A stretch of 64,000 nt of DNA from the IMG/VR virus record IMGVR_UViG_3300009551_000045, positions 19,450-83,449 of that record; one strand, written 5' to 3'. A program made the translations under genes and the position numbers. Below the pieces are notes generated by a model. It did no database searches, had not been told where the DNA came from, and was given only the letters and a program-made list of their open reading frames with translations. Below, piece after piece: positions 19,822 through 27,684 of this stretch. Source of the stretch: a virus. Lineage: Duplodnaviria > Heunggongvirae > Uroviricota > Caudoviricetes. How positions within the stretch are numbered: position 1 is the stretch's first letter; every line of letters begins with the position of its first letter.

Positions 19822-20087
19822 CCTATATAATTACCTCTAGCGGCAGCTTCTACAGATGTATTCTCTCGTACCATTAGAGATCTTCCAAAAATTGCAATTC
19901 CTAATGATGCTAGTGTCACAAACGCTGATATAATTTTGTATTTATCGACATCTCTTTTTTGACCCACTTTAAATACAATGGCCCATAATATGCTAAGTAT
20001 TATCAATGTAATACCTAATCCCCACCAAAATTGTGATGTAGAGGTTACATAATGAAATGCTTGAGAAAACGAAATATTCTTGTCCAT
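19815..20087 (-). CDS. small two-TM membrane protein (WWGL motif), paralog of the preceding gene
   Basis: 90 aa with the motif WWGLGITLIILSILW and a second TM helix. Confidence 0.45.
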   Translation of the reverse strand: MDKNISFSQAFHYVTSTSQFWWGLGITLIILSILWAIVFKVGQKRDVDKYKIISAFVTLASLGIAIFGRSLMVRENTSVEAAARGNYIGW

Positions 20088-20116
20088 AATAATGATTTTT
20101 GTATATATAAATATGG

Positions 20117-21106
20117 TTATTTTATCCTTAGAATTGATTTTAACTTGGATACAAAGCCATTTGTAGCTTTTTTAAGTTGTTGTGAATCAATATTATTACC
20201 TTTTTCTATCTTGAAGTTTGGATTCTTTAATATATCATTGTAATAAGTACCAAGACGTTTCATCACTTTCTTACGATTTTTATCATTCAAATCTTCGATA
20301 AATTCCTTTGCTTTTGGATTAGAAAGAAGACCTCTTTTGAATTCGTCAAAAGTATCTGGAATATCTTTTTCTTTTTCAATATATTTGATTACATCTGGCA
20401 TAAAATATTCAAAAAAGTGAGCGTTAACTTCTAATGGGTTATTTATATATCCTGAATAACCATGTTTTTGTCGTTGTTTTTGATATGATTTATCTATATC
20501 ATTTGGATCCGTCTTTATTTTATCGAAATCCAATAAATGTATTAATTCGTGATATAAATCCTTTTCATCAAATGAAACTTGTAATTTTGGATCTTTTTTT
20601 ATCCTAGCTCCATATACATCTATAGAAGGCATTCCGCCTTTAACAGCCGGTTTAAATTGAGCTTTTGTACTACCTTTATCAGTTGGCAATATATTCACTG
20701 TAAAATCACCAAAATTTAATTCGATATAACTTAAATTACCTATACCTTTTACTTTTATTTGTTTATTATCAGATGAATATTTTTCTATTAAAGATTTTAT
20801 TTGTTGTATATAAGTCTTGGCCTTTTCACTTTTATTTGCGTCAGTAGATAAAGAAGCTTCATTTATATTACTAATAGGTGTCCACCAGTCACTACAATAT
20901 TCATCTGGTGATACAGGTATTTGATCTGTCTGAGCCCATTTATAAAAATATTTATTCTCACAGGCAGCTTCATCATTATCCCAATATTTGCAATTGGCGC
21001 AACAAGCTCCGCCTTTTGGAACTTTTATAGCAGCTTTATGATCTGAAGGAAGAGAATAATCTTCTCCACCATATTGTTCTGACAATAGATCGATTAGTTT
21101 TATCAT
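20117..21106 (-). CDS. putative zinc metallopeptidase (HExxH) with an N-terminal Cys cluster
   Basis: LYHELIHLLD motif; N-terminal CCANCKYW..C cluster. Confidence 0.45.
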   Translation of the reverse strand: MIKLIDLLSEQYGGEDYSLPSDHKAAIKVPKGGACCANCKYWDNDEAACENKYFYKWAQTDQIPVSPDEYCSDWWTPISNINEASLSTDANKSEKAKTYIQQIKSLIEKYSSDNKQIKVKGIGNLSYIELNFGDFTVNILPTDKGSTKAQFKPAVKGGMPSIDVYGARIKKDPKLQVSFDEKDLYHELIHLLDFDKIKTDPNDIDKSYQKQRQKHGYSGYINNPLEVNAHFFEYFMPDVIKYIEKEKDIPDTFDEFKRGLLSNPKAKEFIEDLNDKNRKKVMKRLGTYYNDILKNPNFKIEKGNNIDSQQLKKATNGFVSKLKSILRIK

Positions 21107-21729
21107 TTGGCTTGATTTGAAATAGTAGATCCGATCATAGTTGCACTTAATAATATTTCTTTTATTTCAGTCTCCGATAATGCTTTCTTTTTCTTGATAT
21201 AATGAACTATAAGAACTCCCATAAATTTATCGTCTATGGTCTTTAAAGCTGCACAATAAGAGCTTTTGGCATCTGTGTCTCTGCTAAATCCTCGTATATC
21301 AAAATCATCTACGGTAGCTTTCTTAATGTCCTGGTAATATGTAATGCTATTTTCGGATAGATAATTAAAGAATTTACCAAAAATACTTACAGGAATATTT
21401 TGATACTTTTCTCTGACTGATGGTATACCAGTCATAGTTTTTTCATAAAAAACTGAGAACTTTAATACTGATCTTCCAGATGGATAAAAGTTTCCTCCAT
21501 TATGAAATTGTAAAAGATAAACTCTATCAGCTTGATATTCTTTTAATATTTCATCAAGCTTGTGTTCTACTAAAATATTATTCTTGACACATTCAGCTAC
21601 AGGGTCTTGTTGTTTCTTATATAATTTAATTCTTCTTATTTTAAGATAATGACCGATAAGAAGCGTCACCCCCGATCCGATTCCAGGGCCTAAATAAGTC
21701 AACATTTGTTCTACGGTAAAGTGTATCAT
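21103..21729 (-). CDS. hypothetical protein
   Basis: 208-aa ORF. Confidence 0.45.
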   Translation of the reverse strand: MIHFTVEQMLTYLGPGIGSGVTLLIGHYLKIRRIKLYKKQQDPVAECVKNNILVEHKLDEILKEYQADRVYLLQFHNGGNFYPSGRSVLKFSVFYEKTMTGIPSVREKYQNIPVSIFGKFFNYLSENSITYYQDIKKATVDDFDIRGFSRDTDAKSSYCAALKTIDDKFMGVLIVHYIKKKKALSETEIKEILLSATMIGSTISNQAK

Positions 21730-21902
21730 TATTTTCGTTTTGCTTTGTTACGAATCATACCATAAAAAAATTCCTTTCCTTTCTCTTTTCCATATTGTTG
21801 AATCATTTTTTGTAATGCGGGTTTAAGTTTCTTCGCTACTTTCTCTTCTTTGGAAGATAAAGGAGAATCAATTTCATTGTAAATTTTTACTAGAGATATC
21901 AT
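21729..21902 (-). CDS. unlisted small basic protein (57 aa)
   Basis: Hand-translated MISLVKIYNEIDSPLSSKEEKVAKKLKPALQKMIQQYGKEKGKEFFYGMIRNKAKRK fills a 145-bp gap; its stop overlaps the next gene's ATG. Confidence 0.25.
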   Translation of the reverse strand: MISLVKIYNEIDSPLSSKEEKVAKKLKPALQKMIQQYGKEKGKEFFYGMIRNKAKRK

Positions 21903-22479
21903 TATTTATATTGTTTTCAAACTCATTTAGTTCTTCAATCCATTTCTTACCGATCTCTTTTCGACTAATTCCGCCGACCATTTCCTGCTTATCACCTTGT
22001 TCTGTATATACATCATCAGTGGAAATTATAAAATCCTGGACAAAATCTTTAGCATCTTTTATAAAACCAACCATATTATCCTGTACAATTTTATTCGCAT
22101 ATTCCTTATATGTACCATTAACGCGCATTAATGTTTCCATTGATATCACACATCCAAAACACATAGAATGTAAAGAATAATATTTCTTATCATAAATATG
22201 TTTCATCGGTTTTCCACAATTAGGACACATAATAGGCATCACTAGAGATTTCCTAACACTATCAATTTTACTATAACTTTGTTTGATACCATCTTTAATT
22301 ATCCATTGCTTTTCATCTTCCTCCCAGATATCTCCTTCCTTATGAAATGTTTGATTTTTTTTATATCCTATCTGTGTGACCGTATTATCATTATGTTTTT
22401 TTCTAACAATATTTCTAATTCTATTTACATCTTTTTCCTTAAATTCTTTTTTAAGTAAAGATTCGTCTTTTTCTCCCAT
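21874..22479 (-). CDS. zinc-ribbon protein
   Basis: CPNCGKPMKH...CFGC four-Cys motif. Confidence 0.45.
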   Translation of the reverse strand: MGEKDESLLKKEFKEKDVNRIRNIVRKKHNDNTVTQIGYKKNQTFHKEGDIWEEDEKQWIIKDGIKQSYSKIDSVRKSLVMPIMCPNCGKPMKHIYDKKYYSLHSMCFGCVISMETLMRVNGTYKEYANKIVQDNMVGFIKDAKDFVQDFIISTDDVYTEQGDKQEMVGGISRKEIGKKWIEELNEFENNINNDISSKNLQ

Positions 22480-22481
22480 AA

Positions 22482-23564
22482 CTATTTTTTATCGTTTAAT
22501 TTAGCTTCCTGCCAACGTACTTTATTATATGTTTTTTCATCTATAGGTACACCTATTTTTGTCAATTTAGATTGAGCTTCTAAATAATCCGCAGATCTTT
22601 TTATAATTGATATAGCCTCTCTTTGATACCCTTCATGAGTTCTGGATATCACATAAACTGGTATTTTATCATATCCGAGATATGCTGCTGCTATTGATCT
22701 ATGTCTTCCTTCCTGTGATTGCATATCCGCATTCGAAATAGGAGTATCAAGTTTTTTACCCGATTCTATCGCTTTTAATAATCGCTTTACATCCTCTATA
22801 TCAACACTTTCGTATTCTTTTTCGACAGTAGTATCATGTACATCTGAGGCACATAGTTGCATATAATCTTCCGGACTTATCCATTGAAGAGCTATCGATT
22901 GATCTTTAAAAAAGAAAAAATATGCTGGATTATCAATCATTGCATCATAATTAGGCATACCAGTTGTAGCAATATTGAATATTTCATCAGCACAATCAAT
23001 GTTCTCAGTAATAATCTTTTTCCAAAATTGCTTTGAAGTAATTTGCTCGGAGATCTCCGTATGAACAATATTCCAACAATCTTCTTTAAATTCAGGAGAT
23101 AGCTTTTCTGGAATATATTTCATAAATTCCTTCTTATCACCAGTTTCAATTGCCTGGCGCATTTTATTAGAAGTTTTTTGAAAATTAGAAGGAACCAATT
23201 CTATTTCCAAATTGTGGAAATTAGTAAAAGCTTCATTAAATTCAGAGGATCGAGCCGTCTTTTCATCTAGAGCAATGTAAGCCATTAAATTAGGATCCTT
23301 TTTAAATCTATTTTTTATATCTTCAAAAGGATTCTCAAATTGGGACTTTTGAATGGTAATCTCCATCATAGGGTGAGCTGATCCAAATGCTCTCAAAAGA
23401 TCTACGCATTGGTCTTGATCTAAATAAGTGTATTTTATATTAGGGATGATGACATATACAGTTCCTATGTTCTCCCTAGTAGATAGAACTACTGCTGTAT
23501 TGAAATGGAATACGTTAGGAGGTAGATTAAATATCGGATAAAAACAAGGGAATTTTTGATGCAT
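22482..23564 (-). CDS. ParB-like nuclease domain protein
   Basis: QEGRHRSIAAAYLGYDKIPVYV resembles the ParB N-terminal / sulfiredoxin-fold motif (GxHR). Confidence 0.5.
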   Translation of the reverse strand: MHQKFPCFYPIFNLPPNVFHFNTAVVLSTRENIGTVYVIIPNIKYTYLDQDQCVDLLRAFGSAHPMMEITIQKSQFENPFEDIKNRFKKDPNLMAYIALDEKTARSSEFNEAFTNFHNLEIELVPSNFQKTSNKMRQAIETGDKKEFMKYIPEKLSPEFKEDCWNIVHTEISEQITSKQFWKKIITENIDCADEIFNIATTGMPNYDAMIDNPAYFFFFKDQSIALQWISPEDYMQLCASDVHDTTVEKEYESVDIEDVKRLLKAIESGKKLDTPISNADMQSQEGRHRSIAAAYLGYDKIPVYVISRTHEGYQREAISIIKRSADYLEAQSKLTKIGVPIDEKTYNKVRWQEAKLNDKK

Positions 23565-23630
23565 TAAAATAAAAAGACTTTAGCTATAAATAAATATTAG
23601 CTAAAGTCTACACAATCAGTAAATAAAACC

Positions 23631-24173
23631 CTAGTTTTTAAAAAGAGTCTGTTTATATGAAGAAGTTGAGGTTTTTATCGGTGGAAAAAGCTTTTTTGTT
23701 TCGCCGGTTTCTTCGTCCGTTATGATCAAACCTTTGTCTCCAATGGTTTTTAAAAATTTCTCTCGCTCTTTCTTTTTAGTGTCTAATTCCTTGGACTGTT
23801 TTTCTAAATCTTCCCATTCGGGATCTCCACATGCTGTAAAATCGTATTTAGTGCCTGTTTCAGCCAATTCTAGCTTGGTTCCATATTTGGTGAGACAACT
23901 CTTACCATCTTCGGAATTACGCTTTATTTCGTCCCTTACAAGGTCTACGAACTTATACTCACCATTAAGATCAGATTTACCTTTAACTACAGAACTAATT
24001 TGATCCAAATATTTGAGAAATTCCACTACAGCAATAGCAGAAGTTCTTCCTTCCAATACATCGTTATATATTCTTTCGCCTACCTGCTCGGCTCCGTCCT
24101 CTGATACTTGGATACTTCCGTCAAATCCAGTATTTTCTAATTTGATTACAAAATTGTTTTTTGTTCTACTCAT
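23631..24173 (-). CDS. hypothetical protein
   Basis: 180-aa ORF. Confidence 0.45.
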   Translation of the reverse strand: MSRTKNNFVIKLENTGFDGSIQVSEDGAEQVGERIYNDVLEGRTSAIAVVEFLKYLDQISSVVKGKSDLNGEYKFVDLVRDEIKRNSEDGKSCLTKYGTKLELAETGTKYDFTACGDPEWEDLEKQSKELDTKKKEREKFLKTIGDKGLIITDEETGETKKLFPPIKTSTSSYKQTLFKN

Positions 24174-25107
24174 AGAGTGAAAATTTTAATTTTTTAGTAA
24201 ATAGGGAATCTAATGTCAATACTTTTGCCTGTTGAATAAATCTTGTGAAAGATTCAAACCCCATATTGCTTGGATCTTTAGCATCCAATTCGACTAAATA
24301 TACCGTCTTTCCATTGGATAAAAGCATTTCTGCATGTTGTAAAGCCTCTTTCATACCATCTTTATCCAGGACAATATATATTTTTTCTACACCGGGGCCA
24401 AGTAATTTGGATAAAAGAGCCTGAGTAATACCTTTTTCAAGAAGAGGAATAACATTCCGAAGAATAGCTGCAGCATCAAAAAATCCTTCACATAGGATTA
24501 TAGGAGCATTCCAGTTGATATATAATTCAAAAGGAATAATATCACCTCGTTTTGAGGGTGGATATATATATCGCTGTTCTTCGTCTTCAATGATAGCTCG
24601 AGCAGCAAAGTAATTGAGGAAGCCATCAGAATCAAACGATGGAAATATTATGCGATGTGCATATTTACCTGATTCACAATATCCTAATTGATATTTAAGA
24701 ATCAATTCATCCGTGAATCCACGTTTCCTAAGATATGATAACGCTTGACGACCTACAAAATCTGATTTCTTTAATCCTGTAAACGTTTTAAATTCATCGG
24801 GAAGTGAGATAATTTCATCTGTCTGATAAATATGTTCACCTTTGATCGTAATTATTTTATTAAGACGGTGGTAATATTTAGAATCTATTTTAGCCTTTCG
24901 AAATAAAGACTTTATGGAAAGACCACCTTGAAGACACACCCAACATTTCCATGGGTTATGACCATGCTCATCTGTATCGATTTGAACTTCCAGTCGTTTA
25001 CGGACAGAAGTACATCCTGGTATTGGACATTTAAATCGATAATTACCATGAGATTTTGCTTCTGATTCTCCCAGGGCAGATTCTAAAAGAGTAAGTAAGT
25101 CTTCCAT
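24166..25107 (-). CDS. DNA primase (DnaG / T4 gp61-like)
   Basis: N-terminal zinc ribbon CPIPGC...CWVC; Toprim-like LCEGFFDAAAI and LDKDGMKEA (E...DxD). Confidence 0.6.
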   Translation of the reverse strand: MEDLLTLLESALGESEAKSHGNYRFKCPIPGCTSVRKRLEVQIDTDEHGHNPWKCWVCLQGGLSIKSLFRKAKIDSKYYHRLNKIITIKGEHIYQTDEIISLPDEFKTFTGLKKSDFVGRQALSYLRKRGFTDELILKYQLGYCESGKYAHRIIFPSFDSDGFLNYFAARAIIEDEEQRYIYPPSKRGDIIPFELYINWNAPIILCEGFFDAAAILRNVIPLLEKGITQALLSKLLGPGVEKIYIVLDKDGMKEALQHAEMLLSNGKTVYLVELDAKDPSNMGFESFTRFIQQAKVLTLDSLFTKKLKFSLYE

Positions 25108-25136
25108 AAAGGAAGTACAAAGATATGAACAATATC

Positions 25137-25496
25137 TTAGATTACCAAATTTGAACGATAAATTTTTACAATATTATAATCTCCAACTCTTTCTACAACA
25201 TTTCCACCAGATTTTATCCAGAACTGTAAAACATTATCTTTACACTGAAGACTCAACGCCTGGATACAAGGTAATTTTTTAAAGAGGAAGTGAATGGAGG
25301 CTTTACCATGACCTTTGCCTGGATACAAAGATATAAACCCACCAGAAAGAAAAATTACATGATCTGAGATCCTACCTACACCAAATTTTACGATTTCCAG
25401 ATTTTCGAGATAAATTCTATTTTCGCCGGTTTTATTGAGACAGCCGGTTGAGTTAAGCTTAAAGCAATCAGTTTGCAAGAGTATTGAATTTGACAA
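25137..25496 (-). CDS. hypothetical protein (weak GNAT-like motif)
   Basis: 119 aa; LYPGKGHGKAS loosely resembles GNAT motif A. Confidence 0.3.
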   Translation of the reverse strand: MSNSILLQTDCFKLNSTGCLNKTGENRIYLENLEIVKFGVGRISDHVIFLSGGFISLYPGKGHGKASIHFLFKKLPCIQALSLQCKDNVLQFWIKSGGNVVERVGDYNIVKIYRSNLVI

Positions 25497-25531
25497 AACT
25501 AAACTAAGATAGAACTATGATATAACCAAAT

Positions 25532-25972
25532 TTATTTGGCAGCCTTTTTAAAAAATTTACCCAAAAGCTGTTTATTGTAGCAAATATCTGATTCTAAACA
25601 TCCATGCAGTATTTGGTGACGAAGCTCCTGATACGTGAGGGTTGTCTTATCGTAACAAATATAGAGTATTGTTCGACGAAAACATTGCAATCCATAAGTT
25701 TCAATATCTAATTTTAATTCTTCTTCAGATCCCCAATAATCCTTCCAATCAGATTCTTTTTTTATTTTCTTCTTCTTAGACATTCTCTTATCAGGAAGTG
25801 CAGCTAAAGCTTTTTTGCCTAATTTTATATTCCTTTCAGAATAAAGATTCTTTTTTCCTATGTAAAATTTATCATTGCGAATATCCCATATTTTATAAAT
25901 AATGCCGTAAGCATTTTCAGGTAGTTGGGAAATATCAATGATCGCTTCACCTTTATAAAACCAATTTATCAT
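25532..25972 (-). CDS. GIY-YIG-type (homing) endonuclease-like protein
   Basis: YGIIYKIWDIRNDKFYIGKK...R..H resembles a GIY-YIG core. Confidence 0.5.
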   Translation of the reverse strand: MINWFYKGEAIIDISQLPENAYGIIYKIWDIRNDKFYIGKKNLYSERNIKLGKKALAALPDKRMSKKKKIKKESDWKDYWGSEEELKLDIETYGLQCFRRTILYICYDKTTLTYQELRHQILHGCLESDICYNKQLLGKFFKKAAK

Positions 25973-26277
25973 AAATCAAATCTTATTAAATATGAGGTAT
26001 CAGTATCTTGTGATACTGGAATAGGTTGAGCAAATTTGGCAACAGCTACCAGATCATTACTATCATTATACAGTCCAACTGTAGTGACATAAGGATGAAA
26101 ATCGGATCCTGTAACAAAAGATTTTACATTCTCCTGGCTTCCAGATATACGGAGAGTGGGGTTATAAGACATATTAAATTCATAGTCCTTAACCGTACAT
26201 TTTATCATTTTCTCATATATGATATGCTCATTGAGAAAAAAAATATTAAATGATCCTGTACCTGCAAAACTGCTCAT
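25969..26277 (-). CDS. small protein carrying the fibre C-terminal module
   Basis: The 102-aa protein ends YVTTVGLYNDSNDLVAVAKFAQPIPVS, matching the C-terminus of 30234..31262. Confidence 0.45.
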   Translation of the reverse strand: MSSFAGTGSFNIFFLNEHIIYEKMIKCTVKDYEFNMSYNPTLRISGSQENVKSFVTGSDFHPYVTTVGLYNDSNDLVAVAKFAQPIPVSQDTDTSYLIRFDL

Positions 26278-26280
26278 ATC

Positions 26281-27240
26281 TTATATAAATATAGATTTAA
26301 CTTCATTAAGCATTTTATCAATATCCGGGGGTTGTTTTTTAAGACAAGAATTCTTTCCCGTTTCTATTACCAAATCAAAATACTTTGAAGAACAAAATTG
26401 TTTATCATACGGATTATGATCAATATAAGGTAATTCTATCCTATGATCATTTTTTATGAATAATTTTCCTTTATGTTCTTCAACAGCGCCTGCATTATGA
26501 TATATTGGGTTTTTATTCCATTTTGGCCTTGTATCTGTAGCCATAGAAAAGGATAAATCAGAAACTATATTAGTCGGAAAACCATAATACCAAGCACTCC
26601 ATAATAAAGCCCACATATCCGAAGTCCATTTCTGGATATCTGAATCTATCGAAGATAGATATTCATAGAGCTTTTCCGATTTATATTGAACTCTTTTCCA
26701 AAATGAAGAAAATACATTTTTCATTATATATTGAGCTCCTCCAGCGGTATAATCTCTATTCAAAATATCACAAACTCTCAAATTCATTATTTTACACATT
26801 TGTTGCAATATATTATCTGATTTACTATCAATATAATTAGAATCGATATAACTTTTGGTATCACTTAGATACCATATTTCATCTTTTAATAATTTCTCAA
26901 AATTTAGTTTTCTAGTGAAAACTATGTCACAGTCATGATAAAAAATAGGATGTAATTGCAACCATGGGAATCTTTCCCAATGTTTATAAAGAATATGAGG
27001 TCTTATAGACGGAGGGTATTTTTTGTAATCTCTAGTATCTTCATAAAAATAAAACCCAACCTCTTTATATTTCTCTATTAATTTAAACCACCATTCGCCA
27101 ATATGTTTATTAATACCAATCACAATTTGTATATCACGAGCTGGTACAGACATATTGATGAAATTATCAAGCATAACTTCAACTTGCCAGGCAAAATAAA
27201 GTTCATCTGGAGAAGCTGATATGTATTTTATCTCTCTCAT
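26281..27240 (-). CDS. hypothetical protein
   Basis: 319 aa, W/Y-rich. Confidence 0.45.
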   Translation of the reverse strand: MREIKYISASPDELYFAWQVEVMLDNFINMSVPARDIQIVIGINKHIGEWWFKLIEKYKEVGFYFYEDTRDYKKYPPSIRPHILYKHWERFPWLQLHPIFYHDCDIVFTRKLNFEKLLKDEIWYLSDTKSYIDSNYIDSKSDNILQQMCKIMNLRVCDILNRDYTAGGAQYIMKNVFSSFWKRVQYKSEKLYEYLSSIDSDIQKWTSDMWALLWSAWYYGFPTNIVSDLSFSMATDTRPKWNKNPIYHNAGAVEEHKGKLFIKNDHRIELPYIDHNPYDKQFCSSKYFDLVIETGKNSCLKKQPPDIDKMLNEVKSIFI

Positions 27241-27683
27241 TATTTAACAGAAATTGAGGCTGTATTCGTACAAGTATTAATAACTGTACTTCCACTTAAA
27301 TATTGAATATTAATAGTATAACTACCAGAAGACAGTCCTATAGAACCAGAAAAATATGTCGGAGTAATATTTGGTAAAGAAAAAGAAGAACTTCCTATTG
27401 ATATACTTTGAGATATAGCTACCACATTAATTTTTGATACAGATGGATTGTTAACAACAGAATCAAATAATGAAAATTCAAACCCTAAACTTCCGGTATA
27501 TCCAGTAAATACAGGAATTGGACATGCTAAACTATTAGAGATAGGGCATGTAACAAAATCTGTATATGGCGGAATATAATCTGGATTTAATGGATCATTT
27601 GGTTCTGTATTTCCCGTAGGAACAAATGTTACAGAATTTACTTGTTTTAAAGTTAATACTATCTTCTTACCTGTATTAGACAT
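27240..27683 (-). CDS. hypothetical fibre-associated protein
   Basis: 147 aa, Ser/Thr/Gly-rich, adjacent to the fibre gene. Confidence 0.4.
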   Translation of the reverse strand: MSNTGKKIVLTLKQVNSVTFVPTGNTEPNDPLNPDYIPPYTDFVTCPISNSLACPIPVFTGYTGSLGFEFSLFDSVVNNPSVSKINVVAISQSISIGSSSFSLPNITPTYFSGSIGLSSGSYTINIQYLSGSTVINTCTNTASISVK

Positions 27684-27684
27684 T

